Part shown: piece by piece, positions 49,333-59,954 of the stretch
Numbering within the stretch: the stretch's first letter is position 1
Layout: each line of letters opens with the position of its first letter
Assembly (NCBI RefSeq): GCF_035594765.1
Contig: NC_085842.1
Coordinates: 243,671,747 to 243,735,746, forward strand
Origin: Anolis carolinensis
Taxonomy: Eukaryota
DNA length: 64,000 nt
Direction of reading: 5' to 3'
Made by a program: the position numbers and the translations under genes
The notes under the pieces: generated by a model
Told to the model about the DNA's origin: nothing
Databases searched by the model: none
Seen by the model: the letters and a program-made list of their open reading frames with translations, nothing else

Positions 49333-50541
49333 TAGGTAACTTAAGGCAAGTCACAATTTCACAGTCTCAGAGGTAAACCTCTTCTGAACAAATTGTGCAA
49401 GAAAAGCCTGTGATAGGATGGCCGTAGATTGGAAACAACTTAAAGGCACGCAACACGAGTCAGCCTCTCTATGTGAGCTATTGCCAGCAATAGCCCATTC
49501 CATATTTTTCCATCTTGCCCCTCTTTGTAGGAAATGAGATCCCACCACCTCCTTTTAAAAACTCATCATACACATGCTATGTAATGGGCATCTTCCAGTG
49601 TCCCCCCCCCCACCCCCAATTTCATTTTTATTCTCCCGTTTGTCTGCAGGTTTGTGAAGGGCAACACAGACTCCTGACTAGGTCTGAATCTATCAAAAAC
49701 AATTTCACAGCTCTTGTCTCACACATTGAACTTACAGTGTCACATGCCGTTACTCCCTTGCCACTGCTTCCAGTGCACTTTTAGGATGAGAGGGAAGGGT
49801 TACGTCTAGGTAGCATACATCCAACACTACATCCATACTGTAGAACTAATGCAGTTTGATGCCACCGTAACGGTCATGGTTCAATAATATGGAATAATGG
49901 GAGTTGTAGATTTCATGAGGTATCTGCACCAGCACAATTTGGCAGAAAAGGCTAAAGACTTTGAAAAATGATATATAGCAATAAGCTGTAGCAGCATCAC
50001 TGCATTGATTCAGGAGTGTGGATGCACCTTTAATAAGGAAGCCAACTTACAGAAGTCAGGGAGGAATACTTCAGAATAGACATATACAGTATAGGCTTAC
50101 AACCTAAGCCACTTCTTGTGGTTTCCAGAATTCAGTAAATTGATTTTTTTTTCAAAACCACATTTACTAGAATGCAAGTTGCTCAACAGTTTCCTCTCAG
50201 GTTATAGAGGTTTCAGGAATCTGAGGAAAGTCATAGGGCACATCTACTCTGTAGAACAGGTATGAGCAAACTTCGGCCAGTAGGCTGTTAGGAATTGTGG
50301 GAGTTGAAGTCCAAAACACCTGGACGGCCCGAGTTTACCCATACCTGGTATAGATGCACCCAGAGATGAAAGCCTTTAAAACAGTGGTTCTCAAGCTGGG
50401 AGTCCCCAGGTGAGTTGGCCTACACTCCCAGGAATCTCAGCCAGTTTACCAGCTGTTTCTGGGAGTTGAAGGCCAAAACATCTGGGGACCCACAGTTTGA
50501 GAACCACAACTCCAGGGATTCCATTGCATGGCTCAATCCTG

Positions 50542-50918
50542 GGAGATGTGGCTGCAGAAGAGAAGGCTAAGAGGAGACATGATAGCCATGTACAAATATG
50601 TGAGAGGAAGTCATAGGGAGGAGGGAGCAAGCTTTTTTTTCTGCTGCCCTGGAGACTAGGACACGGAACAATGGCTTCAAACTACAGGAAAGGAGATTTC
50701 ACCTGAACATCAGAAAGAACTTCCTCACTGTGAGAGCTGTTCGGCAGTGGAACTCTCTCCCCCGGACTGTGGTGGAGGCTCCTTCTTTGGAGGCTTTTAA
50801 GCAGAGGCTGGATGGCCATCTGTCGGGGGTGCTTTGAATGCGATTTCCTGCTTCTTGGCAGGGGGTTGGACTGGATGGTCCATGAGGTCTCTTCCAACTC
50901 TACTATTCTATGATTCTA
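50542..50918 (+). mobile_element. CR1 LINE 3' end
   Basis: LQKRRLRGDMIAMYKYVRG...; tail attctatgattcta. Confidence 0.92.
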
Positions 50919-51000
50919 AGGTTCATAGCCTTCATTGCCAAAGAGTGCTGGTCCCTCCACAAATCCTGGGATTCCATAGCACTGAGCCATGGCAGTTAAA

Positions 51001-51601
51001 CGAAGGAGGAGTTGTTTAAAGCTCCGGCAGGGCCGGCCCCACTATGGAGGCCACGTGAGGCCGCCGCCTCGGGCGCAGGTCTGGGGGGGCGCCGTCAGGC
51101 TGGGCGGGAGGCGGGGCACCGCCCTGACGGTGCCCCGCCTCCCGCCCAGTTCGCCCTCGCCCGTCTGGCCTTTTCTAGCTGGCCAGACTGCAGCGGAGGT
51201 CCCTCCAGGCTGCGATTGCGGCCTGGAGGGACCCCCGCTGCAGTCTGGCCAGCTAGAAAAGGCCAGACGGGCGAGCGGGAGTAGCGCGGGAGGCGGGGCC
51301 AACTCTGGCCCCGCCCCCCCACCCAGCGTGCCCTGGCCCCGCCTCTCATGCAGCGTGGGAGGAGGGGCCAGGGCACGCTGGGCAGGTGGCGGGGCCAGGG
51401 CGCGGGAGGCAGGGCCGGAGGCGGGGGCGCTTTTCAGCACCCCCGCTTAACATCAAAAATTATCTCCGGCCGGCCCTGAGCTCCGGACAATGCGGTTGCT
51501 GTTGCCCGTTTTTGGTCTAAAACTATTTAGTTGCTTGTGATTTCCTTTTTTCATCATTTTAAAATGTATTTGTTATGCAGTGCTTTTGACACGAAATAAA
51601 A
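51001..51601 (+). mobile_element. Vingi/Ingi-like LINE 3' end (split by the hAT)
   Basis: Removing the hAT gives KEELFKAPDNAVAVARFWSKTI* plus a 3'UTR ending tgacacgaaataaaa; 12-bp TSD atggcagttaaa at 50989/51602. Confidence 0.72.
51028..51478. mobile_element. GC-rich non-autonomous hAT element
   Basis: TIR cagggccggcc/ggccggccctg; perfect 8-bp TSD agctccgg at 51020/51479. Confidence 0.92.
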
Positions 51602-51639
51602 ATGGCAGTTAAAGTGATGTCAAACTGCGTTAATTCAAC

Positions 51640-52560
51640 AGCGTGCATATACCCCGCCTTTATACTTTGGTGGCCAGTCTCTGCGTTCCCACTCCTTTGC
51701 AAAACTTCTTCCCATCCTCATCTTCTCTTTCCTTCTCTCCTCCTCCTCCTCTTCGCACACCCCCTCCTTAATTCCCCCGGGGTCTCCCTGGAGTGGTGCC
51801 CGAAGGCCGAGGCCCTGAGTGGCTGGTGCCCCTGCCTCCCTCGCATCATGTGAGGCGCCTGCAACTAGCCCACCCTCGCCTGCCTGGCCCACTCCGCGTC
51901 CCAGAGGGAAAGGCAGGCGCGCGCGCGATGTTGCAATGGGAGCAGCCCAGGGTTCCGCCGGGAGCGAACCAATCGCGCCCAAAGGGGGGAGGGAACAGGT
52001 CGGTACCATCTCCCGCCGCCGCCGCCGCCGGCTCCCGCTTTTTCCCTACCTTCTCGCTTTCCTCCCTGCTGCGCGTTTCTCTTCCAGTTTGTCCGCAGTG
52101 CTAGAGACATGCGTAGGCGCGAACGGCATGGGGTAACTCTCATAAACTCCCCCCTTTTTTCCCCCCGGAATGGTAGCGCCGGCTGAAGAATGGCTTGGGA
52201 AGTCAGTGCTTGTGGGGCGAACCGGTTTGGGGAGGAAGGGGGAGGGATGCCGGGAACTGGCTCTGCGGGAAGTTTGGAGAGCCCGAAACAAGGAGGCGGG
52301 ACGCTTCCTGGCTTGCGGGGAGGGAAGGCGCGCCTGAGCTGCCTTTAGCCCGAAAAAGTTTGTGGAGATTGAGAGACTTTGGGCAGCCCTGCGAGATGCC
52401 GGTGCGAGGAGGCGAGCGCTCCCTGCGAGCCATGGGCTCGCCTTGGTTCGGGGTGAGTAGCCCGGGGGTTACTAATGGGTGCCTTTCCCTCCTCAAGTCC
52501 TTCTCCCTTCCCTCCTCCCTCCAGCAGACCACAGAGCGGAGGTGTCACGCTGCCTCTACA
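51640..52560 (+). promoter_or_regulatory. TJP2: CpG-island promoter/5' leader of TJP2 exon A
   Basis: High GC and CpG against an AT-rich background; GC box ~51651, GC dinucleotide run 51917-51927, TTGCAAT 51931, CCAAT 51969-51973, (CCG)6 52013-52030. Confidence 0.85.
52396..52452 (+). CDS. TJP2: TJP2 (ZO-2A) canonical first coding exon
   Basis: ATG CCG GTG CGA GGA...: MPVRGGERSLRAMGSPWFG, then GGG|gtgagt donor (phase 0). Human ZO-2A starts [26 protein letters not shown]. Lies in a CpG island downstream of FXN. Confidence 0.9.
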
Positions 52561-52561
52561 C

Positions 52562-52696
52562 CACTGGTTCCCAACCTGTGGGTCCCCAGATGTTTTGGTC
52601 TTCAACTCCCAGAAATCCTAACAGCTGGTAAACTGGCTGGGATTTCTGGGAGTTGTAGGCCAAAACACTTGGGAACCCACAGGTTGAGAACCACGG
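52562..52696. mobile_element. Short hAT MITE
   Basis: Palindromic body, TSD (c/g)tctacac; similar copies at ~50382-50508 and ~62995-63129. Confidence 0.82.
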
Positions 52697-52708
52697 GTCT
52701 ACACCAAG

Positions 52709-52980
52709 CAGGGCCAAAGCCAAAAAACTATTACGGGGTGGGGGGGGGGGGGGTTTGACATTTTTTTTTAGCCAATCATGAAGGGTAAGTTCCATAACGC
52801 AAAATAATTTAGAAATTGGGCTCCATCGATAAACTTCAGTGGACACGCAAGACAGATATACTTAAGTGGGCACTCATGGGGATTTGGTTAACTCGTTAAA
52901 ATTCATGAGTAAACCAGGTTTAAAAAACCTGGAAAATTTCAAGGGGGGTTGAACCCCTAACACCCCCCCCCCCCTTGCAA
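52709..52980. mobile_element. hAT-like element with poly-G/poly-C subtermini
   Basis: Shares aacgcaaaataatttagaaat..atcgataaacttcagtggaca with a reverse fragment at ~18975-19070. Confidence 0.6.
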
Positions 52981-53247
52981 ACTTCAGCCCTCCCTTCAGG
53001 TGTTTTGCACTTCAACTGCCACAATTCCTAACAGTCTGTAGGCTGGGTTGCTGTGAACTTTCCGGCCTTCATGGCCCATGATCCAGAAGCATTCTCTCCT
53101 GACATTTTGCCTACATCTATGGCAGGCATCCTCAGAGGTTGTGAAGTCTGTTGGAAACTAGTCAAGTGGGGTTTATGTATCTGTGGAAAGTTCAGGGTGG
53201 GAGAAAGAATTCTTGTCTGTTGGAGACAAGTGTGAATTTTGCAATTA

Positions 53248-53666
53248 GCATTTAAAAAAATAATTTTATTCAGAATTTTTGCAAGTAGAATACATGATTT
53301 TAAAAAAATACAATCAGAAAGGCATTCACAAGTGTGGGAAAGAAAAACTGGGAATAGGGTAAACTGGGGTAGGGGTAAAAGGTATAGCTTAAAAGAATAA
53401 ACAAAACAGAAAAAAGGGGAAAAGGGGGGATAAGGAGTAGTTTTCGGTCTTCCATTCTTTGCATTTTCATCTTATATATAAATCCTCTTTTCTTGTATTT
53501 CTGGTCTCTTTATATTCACTCCTAGGGGACACCTTTTTACTGTATTTAGTCCTTTGCCATCTTTCTATATTCTTCATATGTCTTCCAATCTCTTCTTTTT
53601 AGTGGTTTGCCACTACTTTCCTTCAATAAGAAGGTTAGTCTGTCCATATCAAAGATTTCATCTAGT
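53248..53666 (-). mobile_element. L1-clade LINE 3' end
   Basis: Minus frame LDEIFDMDRLTFLLKESSGKPLKRRDWKTYEEYRKMAKD*, 3'UTR and AATAAA; 17-bp TSD tgt(g/a)aat(t/g)ttgcaatta at 53231 and 53667. Confidence 0.7.
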
Positions 53667-54499
53667 TGTAAATGTTGCAATTAATCACCTCGATTAACAT
53701 TGAAAAGCCTTGCAGCTTCAAGGCCTGGCTAATTCCTGCCTGGGGAATCCTCTCTTGGATGTGTTAGCTGGCCTAGATTGCTTCCTTTCTGGAATTCCCC
53801 TGTTTTCAGACTCTCATTCTTTATTTACTGTCCTGATTTTAGAGTTTTTAAAATATTGGTAGCCGGATTTTGTTCATTTTCATGGTTTCCTCCATTCTGT
53901 TAAAAATGTCCACATGCTTGTGGATTTCAGTGACTTCTCTGTGTAGTCTGGCATGGTGGTTGTTAGAGTGATCCTGCATTTCTGTGTTCTCAAATAATAT
54001 GCTGTGTCCAGATTGGTTCATCAGTGCTCTGCTATGGCTGACTTCCATGGCTGAGTTAGTGTGCAGTGCCTTTCATGTTCCTTGATTCGTGTTTGGCCAA
54101 TGCTGTGTTGGGTGATCCCTGTGGAGACTTGTCCACACCTGAGAGAAGCCATTGAAATCCACAAGCATGTGGACAATTTCAACAGAAAGGAGGAAACCAT
54201 GAAAATGAACAAAATCTGGCTACCAGTATTAAAAAATTCTAAAATCAGAACTGTAAATTAATAACACTCAGAAAAACAGACAAATTCCAGCCTTGAAACA
54301 ATCAGGGCCACCTCCCAACAAAGGATTTCCTCAGGCAAGAATCAGCCAGGAGTTGATACTGCAAGGCTTTTCAGTGCTATTAAAGGTGATTAATTGCAGC
54401 ATTCACATTTGCCTCCAACAGAGAAGAGTTCTTTCTCCCATCCTGGACCTTCCACAGATATATAAACCCCACTTGACTAGTTTCCAACATACCTCACAA

Positions 54500-54540
54500 A
54501 CTCTGAGGATGCATGCTATAGATGTGGGTGAAACGTCAGG
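54500..54540 (+). ncRNA. Minimal hammerhead ribozyme motif (Penelope)
   Basis: actCTGAGGAtgcatgctatagatgtgggtGAAACGTCagg; core intact, stems partly mutated. Confidence 0.55.
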
Positions 54541-55605
54541 AGAGAATGCTTCTGGAACATGGCCATATAGCCAGGAAAATTCACAGCAGCCCAGTGATTC
54601 CAGCCATGAAAGGCTTCGACAACAGCCGGTAGGCTGTTAGGAATTGTGGGAGTTGAATTCCAAAACACCTGGAGGGAGGGCCGAAGTTTGCCCGTGCCTT
54701 GTGTACACTGTAGCACTAATGCAGTTAAAGACCACTTTACCATGGAATTATAGGAGTTGTAGTTTGGCAGGGCACTCTGGTAGCGAACGTTAAAGAACTT
54801 GTAAAGCTACACAATTCCATAGCACTGAGCCATGATGGTTAAACACTGTTAATTCTGCAGTGTAGGGGCACCCCAGTTAGTGTCAAACTGCACAAATTCT
54901 ACAAAATGTAGATTGTAGATAAAGCAAAAGTTTCTGATGCAGCTAGTAGACTTGTAATATTATGGCTTTCTGAATATAATGAAGTACACTTTCCCTCTGA
55001 TAACCAACAGCGAAGACGCCAAAGAGGTGTTGAAAACTCGATGTGTCAGAAGTGGAATGTCAGAATCCAGTTTAGAAGTTATAAGCAGCTCAAATACCGT
55101 TTCTGGTGGCTATTATGTACCTATGGCATTTGTTTTTAGTCTTCACTAGAAGACATCAAGATGGCACTCATGGGGTTATCTGTGTTGGGTTGGGAGAGAA
55201 GCACAGTGAGCGTAAGTGCTGAGAAAGCATTTCAGCCCAGGTGTTTATCTGCCATCATATCTGAGTAGATTGTGTTGACACTTGCTGGAGGAGGAGAAAT
55301 GTTTACATGAGCTTGAGGCAGAGTTTTGTTTCCCTAGAGTCCTTGAGATGCCTTCAGTATCCTTAGCACAGGTAGAATGATAGTACTATACAATTTGCAT
55401 TTTTTTAGGACAAGGGTACCTGTATTTGCTCTCCCATTAAGGTGGTTCAATTGATCTATAAACAAACACTGTAACTTCCCTGAATGTTTGAGTAGAAATA
55501 TCACACACTACATTTTTTGGTTAGGTTGGTCTCAGTGCCTACAATCTGTTTGCCATGCACGTGCATGTCTCTGTCTTCCTATTGAGAGTAACACTTATTC
55601 CACTG

Positions 55606-55777
55606 CCGAGCTGTTTGGAAATGGAAGCTGCTGCATCAGATTGTGGTGGAGTCTCTTCCTCTGGAGGTTTTTAAACAGAGACTAGTTGGATATCTGTTGG
55701 GAATGCTTTGATGGTGTGTTCCTGCGTTGGACTGACTGGATGGCTCTTGGGATCTCTTCCAACTCTCTGATTCATGA
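55606..55777 (+). mobile_element. Old CR1 3' fragment
   Basis: gtggtggagtctcttcctctggaggtttttaaacagag...tcttccaactct. Confidence 0.75.
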
Positions 55778-56397
55778 ATCTGTCTCTAATTGATGCAAGT
55801 AGATACCATTCTTTGTCAAACATGGAACTCCATGTTCTCAAAGTAGTTAGAAAGGCTGCTGGATATTGTGTGGCATAATGCCGCTTCATTGTTGTCCATT
55901 TTATTTGATTTAATTCCCACTCAAGTTTGACTGATTTCTAATACTTTGCATTTTAGATTCCTTTGTTATACAGGGCAGGATTTCTTTTGACAGTGAAAGA
56001 TTATCTTGCCTGTAATCAGACCTATGAGTTGTATGAAGGGGTGCCTTTTTGTCAGCAGAATAGACATTACTGGAGCATCACTCTCAGGTTGTAGTTCCTC
56101 CATCTGCACCTGAGTTAAGGAACTCTTAAGGTATAGATTTGGAGAAGGGGATGCAGGTGGTTGTAGGGATTGAACTGAGGAGGGAAATCCCAATTGTATA
56201 ATGAAAGGTCCATCTGACCAAATACATGCTTTCTTTCCTAAAGGAACACAAGCACACCCATATGAAATTGGCTAGTTTCTTTGCCGCTTTTATATAAATT
56301 TTATCATCTTCTTGTAACAGGTGTTGTTTATTAGGAAGTTCTATATAGCAGCTTCAGTTATGGTTCTTCAGTATAATTCTGAAAAAAGTGTTTTATC

Positions 56398-56674
56398 TGC
56401 TGTCAAAGGCTTTCTTGACCGAAATCACTGGGTTGCTGTGAGTTTTCTGGACTGTATGGCCATGTTCCAGAAGCATTATCTCCTCTGACATTTCGCCTAC
56501 ATTTCTGGCACAGTTCTTTCTCCCACCCTGGACTTTCCACAGATATATAAACCTGACTTGCTTAGTTTCCAACAGACCTCACAACCTCTGGGGATGCCTG
56601 CCATAGATGTAGGTGAAACGTCAGGAGAGAATAGTTTGGAACATGGCCATACAGGCTGGAAAACTCACAGCAAC
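56398..56674. mobile_element. Penelope-like element, short inverted insertion
   Basis: Inverted terminal arms; TSD aaagtg(t/c)ttta at 56385 and 56675. Confidence 0.88.
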
Positions 56675-58512
56675 AAAGTGCTTTAAAATTTCAAAAAGAG
56701 TGCTTTATAATTCAGATGGTATTTTAACATATGTGAAGTAACAATTACTATGATATACAAAAATGGGTAACAAAAATGACAGCAATCAACTAGCCTGACC
56801 CATGGCCATCCAGAAACACCTGTGATTCTTGTCCAGATAATTCTCCAGGCTCCTTGTAATTTTGCATCTCTGTGCAAACAGAGATTAGTGCTTTAAAGAT
56901 AATATTTTAATGTTCTCATGGGTTAATCATCAGTTGGTGGGGGAGTATCTTTTAAGTACCTATTGAACTAACTTAATAGAAAGTGCAGCCGAAGTAGATG
57001 GTGGTCTGTAGCCAAAGTATACACTTCTTATTAAGGACTAGGAGATGAGCTGTTATTTTATAATATGCGAAAGTTAGCAAAATCTATATTAAAAAATATG
57101 TTGGCCCAGATAGAAGTAGTACACAGCTTGAAGATTGGGCAAGATTGCAACAGTAGTACACATAGCCTAAACATATTATATGACGTGTTGTAATTGCTTA
57201 CTTTGCGTGTTCAAAAATTCCTGGTGCATCCTTTAGCAAGATGCAATAATGTGTTAGAAATATTTTAGGACAGCCTGCAGCGGAGTTTTTTATTGCAGGC
57301 TTCCGATACCTGCTGCCCTCCAGATGTTTTGGACTGCACCTTCCATGACTGCTGGCCATGATGGGATCTGAAGTCAAAAACAAAATGAGGTCACTAGGTT
57401 GGGGAAGACTGGCATAAAACAATAGCACCAAGCAGGCACAGTAGTACCAGACAGACACAGTAGTACCAAATAACAAGGCCAAACGTGCATGACACCATTG
57501 CATTCTTTCTCAACACAACAGTCAGCCTACTGTATTTGTTCATTTGTTTGCTGTGTTATATGTGGTCAATTAAAAATACAAATATTTTCACCTTCATTTA
57601 AATCAGCCGGGCTTCCCATGTTGTAGCTTCTTTCATTTTAGTATTGTATAGTAATCTTAATAGATGTTGGAAGCTCTTTGCTAATGCCTTCTACATAATA
57701 GCTGTTGGAAATGATGAGATTATCTATTATTTATGTGTAGTTTAAATAATGTAGTTTACTTTTCTGAATCCATTGCCTCTGTACATGGCTATTCCCTGAA
57801 GAGTGCTGAAGCTTAGGGAATTATGGAAATGTTTTAGCTTTTCATGGGTTATAGTCTTGGGGATAAGATAGGCCATTTGCTGCTGCACTGTTTCTAGGCA
57901 TTTCTTAGATGACAGTGATGAACATAATATTTGGTGGCTTGCTTTCCCAAAGGACTTCTTCTTTTGTGCTCAAATTGTGACTTGTTCTTTTTTTCCTGAG
58001 GCTAATGCCCTTATCTTATTGCTTGTGCATGGTTATTTGCCTTGTTTGATATGCAAGGAATGCAATTAGGAAATACATGTGTGTGAGAGGGGGGGGGGGA
58101 GAGTGTATTCTTTTAAGGGAGCTGTTTTGCGGAACTATTATCCCTTCCAGTTTTCTAAAAAAATTTTTTTTTGTTTGGCACTCTGAAGCTAAACACCAAG
58201 AGAAGTGGCAGCAATTCTACACAGTAGTGCAATTTGGACCTAAAGGCCTTCTATGATAATAAACTGGTTAGTCTGGATGAGGGATTCTGGCGATTGTCCA
58301 GTAAAGTAATTTTCCCAAGCACTGATTAAAGGTGGCAGATACAACACATGTTTTGTGTTTTTCTCTTGAGCAGCAAGCTGAGATCCACTGTCTGCTCACA
58401 GCATTGTTAACATGTTATTCCACTTTAGCTACCATGGCTCTATCCTATGGAATCCTGGGATCTGTAGTTTGGTAAGGCACTAAATGTCTTCTGGCTGAGA
58501 GTTCAAAATATA

Positions 58513-58589
58513 CAGGGTGTTTGAAAAAGAACTCCCTAGTTTTAAGTTAAAACACATTAAAACTAGGGAGTTCCTTTTCAAACACCCTG
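58513..58589. mobile_element. 77-bp mariner-type mini-MITE
   Basis: ~33-bp TIRs cagggtgtttgaaaa(a/g)gaactccctagttttaa, TA TSD. Confidence 0.85.
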
Positions 58590-58665
58590 TATTTCCTTAA
58601 ACTATAAACCCCATGATTCCATAGGGCAGAAAAGTGGGAGTTAAAGTGGAGCAAGGCCATTAATA

Positions 58666-59085
58666 CCGTGTTTCCCCGAAAATAAGACAGTGTCTTATAT
58701 TAATTTTTGCTTCCAAAGATGTGCTAAGTCTTATTTTCAGGGGATGTCTTATTTTTCCATGAAGAAGAATTCACATTTATTGTTGAACTAAAAAATGAAC
58801 ATTTATTATATACTGTACAGTAGTTGTCATCACAAACCAGCATAACCAGACAAACTGTGAATCCTATCAAGAATTTCTTGTTACTACCATTCTTTCCATG
58901 TACAACTGGTATGTACATTTACCGATCCTGCATGCTCTGGTGTTCTGTTTGGCAGGCACTGGGCATGTTTCCAAACAAAAGCTTTGCTAGGTCTTACTTT
59001 CAAGGGAGGCCTTCTATATAGCAATTCAGCAAAACTTCTACTAGGTCTTATTTTTCGGGGATGTCTTATTTTCGGGGAAACAGGG
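58666..59085. mobile_element. Tc1/mariner-superfamily MITE (same family as 22891)
   Basis: TIRs ccgtgtttccccgaaaataagac / gtcttattttcggggaaacaggg, TA TSD. Confidence 0.9.
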
Positions 59086-59623
59086 TAGTTCTGTAGTGTG
59101 AATGGACATCAGACATTATGAGCTCTTGGAGGAAGCTGAAAGTGGGAATAGTGAGAATACCAGGCAGCACTTATTCTGAGGTTTAGCCAATATATTGGGA
59201 GTAATGTGCTTGTAGCCTTAGACTAATTTACCCGAGCATTGTCAAATCTAGGGGCACAAGCTCTCCAGGTTTTCGAGCAAGATGGATTCCTTTACTGATT
59301 TATCTCTAGAATTTTCTAGTGATTCTCCATTCAAGTATCCTAGTTGACTTTCAGAAATTATATGTGTGTGGTGTGTTCTGAGTGTGATGGTCCACAGCAA
59401 AGAACATAGCAACTGTTTTATACATAGTCAGATCATGAGTCTGTTTGACCCCATTTTGGAGAGCAGTGGCTTTCCAAACATTCAGGCAAGATTCTTTCCA
59501 ATGACTTTCTGAATATCTATTATGTTTCCTGATAATCTTCCATTAAAGTATCGTCTAGGACCAAGTCTGTTTAAGCTTTGGAATAATTTGAGATCAATTG
59601 TGTTCAGAGTTGTAGATGGCTGG

Positions 59624-59954
59624 AAGGTAAGGTAAAGGTTTTCCCCTGAGATTAAGTCTAGTTGTGTCCAACTCTGGGGGTTGGTGCTCATCTCCATTTC
59701 TAAGCTGAAGAGCCAGCATTGTCCATAGACACCTCCAAGATCATGTGACTGGCATGACTGCATGGAGCGCTGTTACCTTCCCGATGGAGCAGTACATATT
59801 GATCTACTCACATTTGCATGTTTTCAAATTGCTAGGTTGGCAGAAGCTGGGGCTAACAGTGGGAGCTCACTCTGCTCCCTGGATTCAAACTGCAGACCTT
59901 TTGGTCAGCAAGTTCCGCAGCTCAGCAATTTAATCTGCTGCACCACCAGGGGCT
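59624..59954 (-). mobile_element. Sauria SINE
   Basis: aaggtaaggtaaaggttttcccctg...caccaccaggggct, near full length. Confidence 0.9.

Larger units (their letters stand above)
53046..54624. mobile_element. Penelope-like element, long inverted insertion with GIY-YIG remnant, interrupted by L1
   Basis: Minus arm 53046-~54138 (QTRIKEHERHC...KSAIAEH), plus arm ~54139-54624 (REAIEIHKHVDNFNRKEE). TSD aacag(t/c)c(t/g)gtaggctg at 53030/54621 splits a short hAT-like hairpin MITE. Confidence 0.92.

Noticed and set aside
50989-52758. Many overlapping 80-190 aa ORFs on both strands
   Set aside because: By-product of high GC in the hAT element and CpG island; only the 19 codons at 52396-52452 match a known protein.
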